DNA of 64,000 nucleotides, taken from contig NIVC01001190.1 in the NCBI GenBank assembly GCA_002269645.1, forward strand, positions 186,001-250,000. The letters run 5' to 3'. Numbering within the stretch: position 1 is the first letter of the stretch; the number at the start of each line of letters is the position of its first letter. This DNA is from Macrostomum lignano (lineage: Eukaryota). The position numbers and the translations under genes were made by a program. This document shows positions 11,486-29,700 of this stretch, piece after piece. Under the pieces are notes generated by a model. It had not been told where the DNA came from, ran no database searches, and saw only the letters and a program-made list of their open reading frames with translations.

Positions 11486-12984
11486 ATGCGTTAGCTATTT
11501 GTTTAAGATTACAAGACTTGAGTGGGGTAAAGTGCGTAGGTAGCACAAGGACCACTAGAAGTTACTTGGATGTAACATACAAATTTTGCGAATTGCAAAG
11601 CTTTATTCAAAATCATTGAGGCAACTTCTAAATCCTGACACACCGGTACAAAAAGAATTCTATCACTTCAAAATTCCAATTTTTCTGTCCAAACGAACAG
11701 TAGGAGTCAAAAATCGCAGCTGTATTTGTTGCATTTAACCTCGCTTTCGGAATCTCTATACTTGGAATATCATCATGAAAAGCTTGGGACATAAGAGAAC
11801 AAAGCTGCAAACAAAGTCATCAAAAAATTCATTTAATCTCACAAAGCCCTATTGAATCCACGGTACCCAGTCGTGGTGTAGCCCAGCTGGCATTGACAGA
11901 CTGGGAACCTTCGGGTTGGAGATGCGGCACATCTGAAATGAGCTAAAATATTCGTGCAGGTTTCTTTAAAGCAGCCAAATAGAATGTTTCTTAAAGGCAG
12001 GTATTGCTAAATTGCATTTAAACAAGCCAGACCTCATATAATTTTGCAATAGTTTTGTAGGCTACGACTGTTACGTTCTGATACGAGTACTGCAGCGGTA
12101 ACTTATAGTGGTACCTTGAAGCTATGCACTGCATTGTTAGCAGATTGGACTTGCTTTGTAAGACCGATAGCAGAAAATCATCTCTCCTCTCACCTGTCCC
12201 CTCTATCCTCTCTTCTCTCTCATCTCACCTTCTCTCACTCTTCTCATTTCTCCTCTCACCTCTCACCTCGTTCCTTTGTCCTTTATTCCCTCTCCTCTAC
12301 TTTGTCTATCTTTCTTCTCTCTTCTCCATTCCTGCATCCAGATGACTCATTCACTAATCCAGGCTATTCTACATCTATAATCCATTTCCCAACTCCCAGC
12401 GTTTAATTATAACTTCAAAAGACCAAAAAATTTCGACCATAAATTCTCTGTACATTCTACTAATTGGAAGTAGCATATGATATGAAAAAACGTTTTAATC
12501 AAAATCAGCAAAATACGGTCTTTATAAACTACGTTATACCAGTATAAGGTACTCATGTTATATACGTAACACCGTCATAATGACCAATTATAATTTCGAA
12601 AAAACTGTTTCAAAAAACCAAATTGGTTTATTAATTTTGACGCTAATCAATTTAGTTTTTTTAATTTGCAGACAGAACGGCAGAGTTGGCTGCAATTTCT
12701 GGAGCTCACAGTGGAGAAGAGAACAGTTGATATTTATTGTCTCATAAATGCAATTGGGGGACTGGGATACCGCTGGCATTTCAATGTGAATTGCTCGGTA
12801 AGAATAAGGCAGAGGAGAACCAATTATTACGCCGTAAGATCTCCTAAGGCATGAGGCTCTGCGCCTTCCTCCAGCTCGCCCACTCTCTCTATCTTCCCTA
12901 CTCATTCCTAGCTCTTATTCCTCTCTCTGCTATGCTAATGTACTACCATGCCCCTATAGTGACCGAATTTTACTGCTTGTCTGG

Positions 12985-15615
<2,631 letters not shown>

Positions 15616-15632
15616 TGTCCCTCTGTTTGTTT

Positions 15633-16460
15633 CAGTGCCTGTATCAGTGCCTGTATCAGTGCCTGTATCAGTGCCTGTATCAGTGCCTGTATCAGTGCCT
15701 GTATCAGTGCCTGTATCAGTGCCTGTATCAGTGCCTGTATCAGTGCCTGTATCAGTGCCTGTATCAGTGCCTGTATCAGTGCCTGTATCAGTGCCTGTAT
15801 CAGTGCCTGTATCAGTGCCTGTATCAGTGCCTGTATCAGTGCCTGTATCAGTGCCTGTATCAGTGCCTGTATCAGTGCCTGTATCAGTGCCTGTATCAGT
15901 GCCTGTATCAGTGCCTGTATCAGTGCCTGTATCAGTGCCTGTATCAGTGCCTGTATCAGTGCCTGTATCAGTGCCTGTATCAGTGCCTGTATCAGTGCCT
16001 GTATCAGTGCCTGTATCAGTGCCTGTATCAGTGCCTGTATCAGTGCCTGTATCAGTGCCTGTATCAGTGCCTGTATCAGTGCCTGTATCAGTGCCTGTAT
16101 CAGTGCCTGTATCAGTGCCTGTATCAGTGCCTGTATCAGTGCCTGTATCAGTGCCTGTATCAGTGCCTGTATCAGTGCCTGTATCAGTGCCTGTATCAGT
16201 GCCTGTATCAGTGCCTGTATCAGTGCCTGTATCAGTGCCTGTATCAGTGCCTGTATCAGTGCCTGTATCAGTGCCTGTATCAGTGCCTGTATCAGTGCCT
16301 GTATCAGTGCCTGTATCAGTGCCTGTATCAGAGCCTGTATCAGTGCCTGTATCAGTGCCTGTATCAGTGCCTGTATCAGTGCCTGTATCAGAGCCTGTAT
16401 CAGTGCCTGTATCAGTGCCTGTATCAGTGCCTGTATTAGTGCCTGTATCAGTGCCTGTAT
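15633..16460. repeat. Near-perfect 12-bp tandem repeat (CAGTGCCTGTAT)n, about 69 copies
   Basis: Directly visible, with only a few variant units near the 3' end. Confidence 0.97.
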
Positions 16461-17164
16461 TCGTACTTGTCCTTATCCTGTCCTTTCATGCCTGCACGCA
16501 TGCCAGTCTATACGTGGCATTCGGGTTCAGCCGAGCCATGCCAAACTATATCAGTCAGCCGGTCCCAAGCCAAGCCACCAGCTCCGGCCATTATTCAGTG
16601 AGCAAGTCGGTAGTGAACTCAAGCCACGCTCAACATTTAAGAAATTTAGCAATTAAAATTTCTTGAAGCTCTCTGCCATGTGAGCTCCCTACCCCATTGC
16701 TGGCTTGAGCTGAGCTGCAGGAAGCAATATGCTGCCAGTGTTGGAGCAGGAACCCAGCCCAGAGCTGGGCCAGTCTGCAATCAATTGGAATCCAATAAAT
16801 GGAATCAGCCTTCGAAGGCAATAAAAAGTGTCGTCTTCAATTTCCTAAATATATATACACGTAGGAGGGTATCTGTCCTTTCTTGAATTGCTAGGATCTG
16901 CGATCCGAAACACGGTAAAAGGCAGGAAGTCAAAAAAGCATTGTAGAATCCCTAAATTTTCCCGAACGTTTCCGCTACGAGGCGCGGTGGTTGGCTGGGG
17001 AATCAAGATTTCCCCAATAAATATGGGATCCGACTCGAAGTGGAGTAGTGATTTCAGCTCTGCAGCCACCAACTGACAATTTCTTGAGAGCTCAAGTACG
17101 GTGTCCGTGAGTCTGACATCCCTGGATTCTGGTGAGTTTCATTGTGCACTTTATTCATTTAGTA

Positions 17165-17690
17165 CTTGCTTGATGTCTCACTGATTATTCTCTGACTCTC
17201 ACTCGATTCTCATTTGGTTCTTGCTTGATGTCTCACTGATTCTCCTCTGACTCTCACTCGATTCTCATTTGGTTCTTGCTTGATGTCTCACTGATTCTCC
17301 TCTGACTCTCACTCGATTCTCATTTGGTTCTTGCTTGATGTCTCACTGATTCTCCTTTGACTCTCACTCGATTCTCATTTGGTTCTTGCTTGATGTCTCA
17401 CTGATTATTCTCTGACTCTCCTCGATTCTCATTTGGTTCTTGCTTGATGTCTCACTGATTCTCCTCTGACTCTCACTCGATTCTCATTTGGTTCTTGCTT
17501 GATGTCTCACTGATTCTCCTCTGACTCTCACTCGATTCTCATTTGGTTCTTGCTTGATGTCTCACTGATTCTCCTCTGACTCTCACTCGATTCTCCTTTG
17601 GTTCTTGCTTGATGTCTCACTGATTCTCCTCTGACTCTCACTTAATTCTCATTTGGTCTCACTGATTCTCACTGAACATTCTCACTGACT
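17165..17690. repeat. 55-bp minisatellite, about 9 copies, inside a probable upstream (5' UTR) intron 17132-17706 of the MFS gene
   Basis: Unit TTCTTGCTTGATGTCTCACTGATTCTCCTCTGACTCTCACTCGATTCTCATTTGG; donor G|GTGAGT at 17132, acceptor AAAG| at 17706. Confidence 0.8.
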
Positions 17691-17747
17691 TGATGTCTGA
17701 CTAAAGTTGTCAAGGCTCAGCACAGAACCCCCGTCGCCAAACTCCAG

Positions 17748-20700
17748 ATGGAAGTCAAAAATGCAGCAGCGGCCCCCAAATCCAACGGAGACCCTCCGCA
17801 GTTGCAGTCGCCTCGGCGACACCTGTCGCTGCTGCGGTCCAACCTGCTGCGGACGGTGAACTACTGCCTGCTGTTCTCCCTGGTCGGCATGTCGGACGCC
17901 AGCTTGGGGGCCGCCCTGCCTGGACTGGCCTGTCTGGCGCGAACAAGCGAGCAGAGAATCGCCTTCCTGTTCCTCTTCCACGAGCTGTCAGTGCTCATGG
18001 TCACCCTGGCGGTGGGCTGCCTGAATAGAAGGCAAGTTCAACACAAATAATGAGACACAAATCATCACTGATGGCAGACACAAATCATCACTGATGACAG
18101 ACACAAATCATCACTGATGGCAGACACAAATCATCACTGATGACAAACACAAACCATCACTGATGACAGACAGACACAAACCATCACTGATGACAGACAG
18201 ACACAAATCATCACTGATGACAGACACAAACCATCACTGATGACAGACAGACACAAATCATCACTGATGACAGACACAAATCATCACTGATGACAGACAC
18301 AAATCATCACTGATGGCAGACACAAATCATCACTGATGGCAGACACAAATCATCACTGATGGCAGACACAAATCATCACTGATGACAGACAGACACAAAT
18401 CATCACTGATGACAGACACAAACCATTACTGATGACAGACACAAATCATCACTGATGACAGACAGACACAAATTATCACTGATGACAGACACAAACCATT
18501 ACTGATGACAGACACAAATCATCACTGATGACAGACAGACACAAATCATCGCTGATGGCAGACACAAACCATCACTGATGACAGACACAAATCATCACTG
18601 ATGACAGACAGACACAAATCATCACTGATGACAGACACAAACCATTACTGATGAAAGACACAAACCATCATTGATGACAGACAGACACAAATCATCACTG
18701 ATGGCAGACATAAACCATTACTGATGACAGACACAAATCATCACTGATGACAGACAGACACAAATCATCACTGATGGCAGACACAAACCATTACTGATGA
18801 CAGACACAAATCATCACTGATGACAGACACAAATCATCACTGATGACAGACACAAATCATCACTGATGGCAGACACAAACCATCACTGATGACAGACACA
18901 AATCATCACTGATGGCAGACAGCCACAAATCATCACTGATGACAGACACAAATCATCACTGATGACAGACACAAACCATCACTGATGACAGACAGACACA
19001 AATCATCACTGATGACAGACACAAATCATCACTGATGACAGACACAAATCATCACTGATGACAGACAGACACAAATCATCGCTGATGGCAGACACAAACC
19101 ATCACTGATGACAGACACAAATCATCACTGATGGCAGACACAAATCATCACTGATGACAGACACAAATCATCACTGATGACAGACACAAATCATCACTGA
19201 TGACAGACACAAACCATCACTGATGACAGACAGACACAAATTATCACTGATGGCAGACACAAATCATCACTGATGACAGACACAAACCATTACTGATGAA
19301 AGACACAAACCATCATTGATGACAGACAGACACAAATCATCACTGATGGCAGACATAAACCATTACTGATGACAGACACAAATCATCACTGATGACAGAC
19401 AGACACAAATCATCACTGATGGCAGACACAAACCATTACTGATGACAGACACAAATCATCACTGATGACAGACACAAATCATCACTGATGACAGACACAA
19501 ATCATCACTGATGGCAGACACAAACCATCACTGATGACAGACACAAATCATCACTGATGGCAGACAGCCACAAATCATCACTGATGACAGACACAAATCA
19601 TCACTGATGACAGACAGACACAAATCATCACTGATGGCAGACAGCCACAAACCATTACTGATGACAGACACAAATCATCACTGATGACAGACAGACACAA
19701 ATCATCGCTGATGGCAGACACAAACCATCACTGATGACAGAAACAAATCATCACTGATGACAGACAGACACAAATCATCACTGATGACAGACACAAACCA
19801 TTACTGATGAAAGACACAAACCATCATTGATGACAGACAGACACAAATCATCACTGATGGCAGACATAAACCATTACTGATGACAGACACAAATCATCAC
19901 TGATGACAGACAGACACAAATCATCACTGATGGCAGACACAAACCATTACTGATGACAGACACAAATCATCACTGATGACAGACACAAATCATCACTGAT
20001 AACAGACAAACACAAATCATCACTGATGACAGACACAAACCATTACTGATGACAGACACAAATCATCACTGATGACAGACACAAATCATCACTGATGACA
20101 GACACAAATCATCACTGATGGCAGACACAAACCATCACTGATGACAGACACAAATCATCACTGATGGCAGACAGCCACAAATCATCACTGATGACAGACA
20201 CAAATCATCACTGATGACAGACAGACACAAATCATCACTGATGACAGACACAAATCATCACTGATGACAGACACAAATCATCACTGATGACAGACACAAA
20301 TCATCACTGATGACAGACACAAATCATCACTGATGACAGACACAAATCATCACTGATGACAGACACAAATCATCACTGATGACAGACACAAATCATCACT
20401 GATGGCAGACAGCCACAAACCATTACTGATGACAGACACAAATCATCACTGATGACAGACAGACACAAATCATCACTGATGACAGACACAAACCATTACT
20501 GATGACAGACACAAATCATCACTGATGACAGACAGACACAAATCATCACTGATGACAGACACAAACCATTACTGATGACAGACACAAATCATCACTGATG
20601 ACAGACAGACACAAATCATCACTGATGGCAGACACAAACCATCACTGATGACAGACACAAATCATCACTGATGACAGACAGACACAAATCATCACTGATG

Positions 20701-23700
20701 ACAGACACAAATCATCACTGATGACAGACACAAATCATCACTGATGACAGACACAAACCATCACTGATGACAGACAGACACAAATCATCACTGATGACAG
20801 ACACAAATCATCACTGATGACAGACACAAATCATCACTGATGACAGACAGACACAAATCATCACTGATGGCAGACACAAACCATCACTGATGACAGACAC
20901 AAATCATCACTGATGGCAGACACAAATCATCACTGATGACAGACAGACACAAATCATCACTGATGACAGACACAAATCATCACTGATGACAGACACAAAC
21001 CATCACTGATGACAGACAGACACAAATTATCACTGATGACAGACACAAATCATCACTGATGACAGACACAAATCATCACTGATGACAGACAGACACAAAT
21101 CATCACTGATGGCAGACACAAACCATCACTGATGACAGACACAAATCATCACTGATGGCAGACAGCCACAAATCATCACTGATGACAGACACAAATCATC
21201 ACTGATGACAGACAGCCACAAATCATCACTGATGACAGAAACAAATCATCACTGATGACAGACACAAATCATCACTGATGGCAGACAGCCACAAACCATT
21301 ACTGATGACAGACACAAATCATCACTGATGACAGACAGACACAAATCATCACTGATGACAGACACAAACCATTACTGATGACAGACACAAATCATCACTG
21401 ATGACAGACAGACACAAATCATCACTGATGACAGACACAAACCATCACTGATGACAGACACAAATCATCACTGATGACAGACAGACACAAATCATCACTG
21501 ATGACAGACACAAATCATCACTGATGACAGACACAAATCATCACTGATGACAGACACAAACCATCACTGATGACAGACAGACACAAATCATCACTGATGA
21601 CAGACAGACACAAATCATCACTGATGACAGACACAAATCATCACTGATGACAGACACAAATCATCACTGATGACAGACAGACACAAATCATCACTGATGA
21701 CAGACACAAACCATTACTGATGACAGACACAAATCATCACTGATGACAGACAGACACAAATTACTGATGACAGACACAAACCATTACTGATGACAGACAG
21801 ACACAAATCATCACTGATGACAGACACAAACCATTACTGATGACAGACACAAATCATCACTGATGACAGACAGACACAAATCATCACTGATGGCAGACAC
21901 AAACCATTACTGATGACAGACACAAATCATCACTGATGACAGACAGACACAAATCGTCACTGATGGCAGACACAAACCATCACTGATGACAGACACAAAT
22001 CATCACTGATGACAGACACAAATCATCACTGATGACAGACACAAACCATCACTGATGACAGACAGACACAAATCATCACTGATGACAGACACAAATCATC
22101 ACTGATGACAGACACAAATCATCACTGATGACAGACACAAACCATTACTGATGACAGACACAAATCATCACTGATGACAGACAGACACAAATCATCACTG
22201 ATGGCAGACACAAACCATTACTGATGACAGACACAAATCATCACTGATGACAGACAGACACAAATCATCACTGATGACAGACACAAATCATCACTGATGA
22301 CAGACACAAATCATCACTGATGACAGACACAAATCATCACTGATGACAGACAGACACAAATCATCACTGATGACAGACACAAATCATCACTGATGACAGA
22401 CACAAATCATCACTGATGACAGACAGACACAAATCATCACTGATGACAGACACAAACATCACTGATGACAGACACAAATCATCACTGATGGCAGACACAA
22501 ATCATCACTGATGACAGACAGACACAAATCATCACTGATGACAGACACAAATCATCACTGATGACAGACACAAATCATCACTGATGACAGACAGACACAA
22601 ATCATCACTGATGACAGACACAAATCATCACTGATGACAGACACAAATCATCACTGATGACAGACAGACACAAATCATCACTGATGGCAGACACAAACAT
22701 CACTGATGACAGACACAAATCATCACTGATGGCAGACAGCACAAATCATCACTGATGACAGACACAAATCATCACTGATGACAGACAGCACAAATCATCA
22801 CTGATGACAGACACAAATCATCACTGATGACAGACACAAATCATCACTGATGACAGACAGCACAAACATCACTGATGACAGACACAAATCATCACTGATG
22901 ACAGACAGACACAAATCATCACTGATGACAGACACAAACCATTACTGATGACAGACACAAATCATCACTGATGACAGACAGACACAAATCATCACTGATG
23001 GCAGACACAAACCATCACTGATGACAGACACAAATCATCACTGATGACAGACAGACACAAATCATCACTGATGACAGACACAAATCATCACTGATGACAG
23101 ACACAAATCATCACTGATGACAGACACAAATCATCACTGATGACAGACACAAACATTACTGATGACAGACACAAATCATCACTGATGACAGACACAAATC
23201 ATCACTGATGACAGACACAAATCATCACTGATGACAGACAGACACAAATCATCACTGATGACAGACACAAACCATTACTGATGACAGACACAAATCATCA
23301 CTGATGACAGACAGACACAAATCATCACTGATGACAGACACAAACCATTACTGATGACAGACACAAATCATCACTGATGACAGACACAAAATCATCACTG
23401 ATGACAGACACAAACCATCACTGATGACAGACACACAATCATCACTGATGACAGACACAAATCATCACTGATGACAGACACAAATCATCACTGATGACAG
23501 ACAGACACAAATCATCACTGATGACAGACACAAATCATCACTGATGACAGACACAAATCATCACTGATGACAGACACAAATCATCACTGATGACAGACAC
23601 AAATCATCACTGATGACAGACAGACACAAATCATCACTGATGACAGACACAAATCCATTACTGATGACAGACACAAATCATCACTGATGACAGACAGACA

Positions 23701-26700
23701 CAAATCATCACTGATGACAGACACAAACATTACTGATGACAGACACAAATCATCACTGATGACAGACAGACACAAATCATCACTGATGACAGACACAAAC
23801 CATTACTGATGACAGACACAAATCATCACTGATGACAGACAGACACAAATCATCACTGATGACAGACACAAACCATTACTGATGACAGACACAAATCATC
23901 ACTGATGACAGACAGACACAAATCATCACTGATGACAGACACAAACCATCACTGATGACAGACACAAATCATCACTGATGACAGACACAAAATCATCACT
24001 GATGACAGACACAAATCATCACTGATGACAGACACAAATCATCACTGATGACAGACACAAATCATCACTGATGACAGACACACAATCATCACTGATGACA
24101 GACACAAATCATCACTGATGACAGACACAAATCATCACTGATGACAGACACAAATCATCACTGATGACAGACACAAATCATCACTGATGACAGACACAAA
24201 TCATCACTGATGACAGACACAAATCATCACTGATGACAGACACAAATCATCACTGATGACAGACACAAATCATCACTGATGACAGACACAAATCATCACT
24301 GATGACAGACACAAATCATCACTGATGACAGACACAAATCATCACTGATGACAGACACACAAATCATCACTGATGACAGACACACAACCATCACTGATGA
24401 CAGACACAAATCATCACTGATGACAGACAGACACAAATCATCACTGATGACAGACACAAACCATCACTGATGACAGACACAAATCATCACTGATGACAGA
24501 CAGACACAAATCATCACTGATGACAGACACAAACCATTACTGATGACAGACACAAATCATCACTGATGACAGACAGACACAAATCATCACTGATGACAGA
24601 CACAAACCATCACTGATGACAGACACAAATCATCACTGATGACAGACAGACACAAATCATCACTGATGACAGACACAAACATCACTGATGACAGACACAA
24701 ATCATCACTGATGACAGACACAAAATCATCACTGATGACAGACAGACACAAATCATCACTGATGACAGACACAAATCATCACTGATGACAGACACAAATC
24801 ATCACTGATGACAGACACAAATCATCACTGATGACAGACACAAATCATCACTGATGACAGACACAAACATCACTGATGACAGACAGACACAAATCATCAC
24901 TGATGACAGACACAAATCATCACTGATGACAGACACAAATCATCACTGATGACAGACACAAATCATCACTGATGACAGACACAAATCATCACTGATGACA
25001 GACACAAATCATCACTGATGACAGACAGACACAAATCATCACTGATGACAGACACAAACCATTACTGATGACAGACACAAATCATCACTGATGACAGACA
25101 GACACAAATCATCACTGATGACAGACACAAACCATCACTGATGACAGACACAAATCATCACTGATGACAGACAGACACAAATCATCACTGATGACAGACA
25201 CAAACCATTACTGATGACAGACACAAATCATCACTGATGACAGACAGACACAAATCATCACTGATGGCAGACACAAACCATTACTGATGACAGACACAAA
25301 TCATCACTGATGACAGACAGACACAAATCATCACTGATGGCAGACACAAACCATCACTGATGACAGACACAAATCATCACTGATGACAGACAGACAAATC
25401 ATCACTGATGGCAGACAGCACAAATCATCACTGATGACAGACACAAATCATCACTGATGACAGACACAAATCATCACTGATGGCAGACACAAAATCATCA
25501 CTGATGACAGACACAAATCATCACTGATGACAGACAGACACAATCATCACTGATGACAGACACAAATCATCACTGATGACAGACACAAATCATCACTGAT
25601 GACAGACAGACACAAATCATCACTGATGACAGACACAAACCATCACTGATGACAGACACAAATCATCACTGATGACAGACAGACACAAATCATCACTGAT
25701 GACAGACACAAACCATCACTGATGACAGACACAAATCATCACTGATGACAGACAGACACAAATCATCACTGATGACAGACACAAACCATTACTGATGACA
25801 GACACAAATCATCACTGATGACAGACAGACACAAATCATCACTGATGGCAGACACAAACCATTACTGATGACAGACACAAATCATCACTGATGACAGACA
25901 GACACAAATCATCACTGATGACAGACACAAACCATCACTGATGACAGACACAAATCATCACTGATGACAGACACAAATCATCACTGATGACAGACACAAA
26001 CCATCACTGATGACAGACACAAATCATCACTGATGACAGACACAAATCATCACTGATGACAGACACAAATCATCACTGATGACAGACACAAACCATTACT
26101 GATGACAGACACAAATCATCACTGATGACAGACAGACACAAATCATCACTGATGACAGACACACAACCATTACTGATGACAGACACAAATCATCACTGAT
26201 GACAGACAGACACAAATCATCACTGATGACAGACACAAACCATTACTGATGACAGACACAAATCATCACTGATGACAGACAGACACAAATCATCACTGAT
26301 GACAGACACAAACCATTACTGATGACAGACACAAATCATCACTGATGACAGACAGACACAAATCATCACTGATGACAGACACAAACCATTACTGATGACA
26401 GACACAAATCATCACTGATGACAGACAGACACAAATCATCACTGATGACAGACACAAACCATCACTGATGACAGACACAAATCATCACTGATGACAGACA
26501 CAAATCATCACTGATGACAGACACAAATCATCACTGATGACAGACACAAATCATCACTGATGACAGACACAAATCATCACTGATGACAGACAGACACAAA
26601 TCATCACTGATGACAGACACAAATCATCACTGATGACAGACACAAATCATCACTGATGACAGACACAAATCATCACTGATGACAGACAGACACAAATCAT

Positions 26701-29700
26701 CACTGATGGCAGACACAAACCATCACTGATGACAGACACAAATCATCACTGATGACAGACACACAAATCATCACTGATGACAGACACAAATCATCACTGA
26801 TGACAGACAGCCACAAATCATCACTGATGACAGACACAAATCATCACTGATGACAGACACAAATCATCACTGATGACAGACACAAATCATCACTGATGGC
26901 AGACAGCCACAAACCAATACTGATGACAGACACAAATCATCACTGATGACAGACAGACACAAATCATCACTGATGACAGACACAAACCATTTCTGATGAC
27001 AGACACAAATCATCACTGATGACAGACAGACACAAATCATCACTGATGACAGACACAAACCATTACTGATAACAGACACAAATCATCACTGATGACAGAC
27101 AGACACAAATCATCACTGATGGCAGACACAAACCATCACTGATGACAGACACAAATCATCACTGATGACAGACAGACACAAATCATCACTGATGACAGAC
27201 ACAAATCATCACTGATGACAGACACAAATCATCACTGATGACAGACACAAACCATCACTGATGACAGACAGACACAAATCATCACTGATGACAGACACAA
27301 ATCATCACTGATGACAGACAGACACAAATCATCACTGATGACAGACACAAATCATCACTGATGACAGACACAAATCATCACTGATGACAGCCACAAATCA
27401 TCACTGATGACAGACAGACACAAATCATCACTGATGACAGACACAAATCATCACTGATGACAGACACAAATCATCACTGATGACAGACACAAATCATCAC
27501 TGATGGCAGACACAAATCATCACTGATGACAGACACAAATCATCACTGATGACAGACAGACACAAATCATCACTGATGACAGACACAAACCATTACTGAT
27601 GACAGACACAAATCATCACTGATGACAGACAGACACAAATTATCACTGATGACAGACACAAACCATTACTGATGACAGACACAAATCATCACTGATGACA
27701 GACAGACACAAATCATCGCTGATGGCAGACACAAACCATCACTGATGACAGACACAAATCATCACTGATGACAGACAGACACAAATCATCACTGATGACA
27801 GACACAAACCATTACTGATGACAGACACAAATCATCACTGATGACAGACAGACACAAATCATCACTGATGGCAGACACAAACCATTACTGATGACAGACA
27901 CAAATCATCACTGATGACAGACAGACACAAATCATCACTGATGGCAGACACAAACCATCACTGATGACAGCCACAAATCATCACTGATGACAGACACACA
28001 TCATCACTGATGGCAGACAGCCACAAATCATCACTGATGACAGACACAAATCATCACTGATGACAGACACAAATCATCACTGATGGCAGACAGCCACAAA
28101 TCATCACTGATGACAGACACAAACCATTACTGATGACAGACACAAACCATCACTGATGACAGACAGACACAAATCATCACTGATGGCAGACACAAACCAT
28201 TACTGATGACAGACACAAATCATCACTGATGACAGACAGACACAAATCATCACTGATGGCAGACACAGACCATTACTGATGACAGACACAAATCATCACT
28301 GATGACAGACACAAATCATCACTGATGGCAGACACAAATCATCACTGATGACAGACAAACACAAATCATCACTGATGACAGACACAAACCATTACTGATG
28401 ACAGACACAAACCATTACTGATGACAGACACAAATCATCACTGATGACAGACACAAATCATCACTGATGGCAGACACAAATCATCACTGATGACAAACAC
28501 AAACCATCACTGATGACAGACAGACACAAATCATCACTGATGACAGACACAAATCATCACTGAGCAACTCTCCCAAAACCTCAGCACTGACTCACGAGGC
28601 AAAATATTCTATCCATTCACATAAATATTCGAAAACGGGCTCCAAAATATTTAATCTGCCATTTTTCAATCAAAGCAAGCCATTTCATATTCGCACTAAT
28701 CTCTTAATCCGCCTTAGTGTAATTTTTCAAAGAAATGAAAATTCTCAATGGCAAAAAAAGCCTGAAATAAAATCATTTCAATCCCCAGCCTAATAAATTT
28801 CAAACTAAAACCCACCCTCAAAATTCGATAAAATTGCAGGAATTTCTTCACCGTGGAAACGCGTCGAGGCAGGTCAGTTTTCTGGGGAGATTTTCTAAGG
28901 GGATTTCAGATTTGTTTCGAGGATTTCAGAGCAGCTCAAAGGTAGACAGGTCTGACTCTCGTGCCGCGATTCCTGATTCTCCCGAAGGCACAGAGAGTGT
29001 TCATCGCTGACGATTAGAAAGTCCGAGAGGCCGATATGTACACCAAAGGAAGTTATTCGTCCGGCACAGTACGGATGTGGATATGTAATAAAAACTTGTA
29101 AAATACAGGGAATACTCAAAAAAGTAGTGTATAGTTCACTTTTAGGCTAGAACTTTGGGCAAAAAATACTTGGGCATAGTCTACATGTCATTGCCCGATC
29201 CAGCAGTTTTGTATAATTTTTACCTTTATTATATTTCGTTCGATACATATCGGTATGTTTTGGTTTCACAGTAAACAGTAGTCTTAGTACAGTCAAAATT
29301 AATAACGATATTTGCTGTTCTATAACACAAACGCCAAAGTAAGGACTTAGGGTTATTACAATAACACTTGGAGTTGTAACAATAAAAAAGTAGAGTCTTC
29401 ACTACAGACTCGAACTCAGTACTGACACTCTAACATCACGCTAGTATACCTTGCTAGAAAAGATGCGCAGAGTGCCAACTCACGCAGCTCAGCCGGTACC
29501 GGACGAATAGTCACTGCCAACTAAGAATCATAAAGCAGAATGGAGTTTTTCATTTTCTCAGCACAAAACTTTGTTATTGCTTTTGATAGGACGCAGGCCC
29601 AGTGTTCATCTTTTGATGTGCTGTGCCTTTCTTATAGCTCTTATTGATATTCATAAAGCTTATAGTTTAGAAAATTGGGGTACTAGAATGCAGATGTGTC

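Noticed and set aside
11862-11947. Stem-rich segment (CCCAGTC/GACTGGG, TTCG loop, AGATG/CATCT) with HDV-ribozyme-like pairing order
   Set aside because: It lacks the P1.1 CC/GG pair, a G at the cleavage position and the catalytic C in J4/2; an Infernal scan would settle it.
18050-28563. CTGATGA in every satellite unit as hammerhead core or C/D box
   Set aside because: No stem II, GAAA or stem III follows, and there is no terminal stem or guide; it is just half of the unit's palindrome.
28855-28868. GAAACGCGTCG, identical to the 3' half of the 51236 hammerhead
   Set aside because: No upstream CTGAnGA core or stem II.
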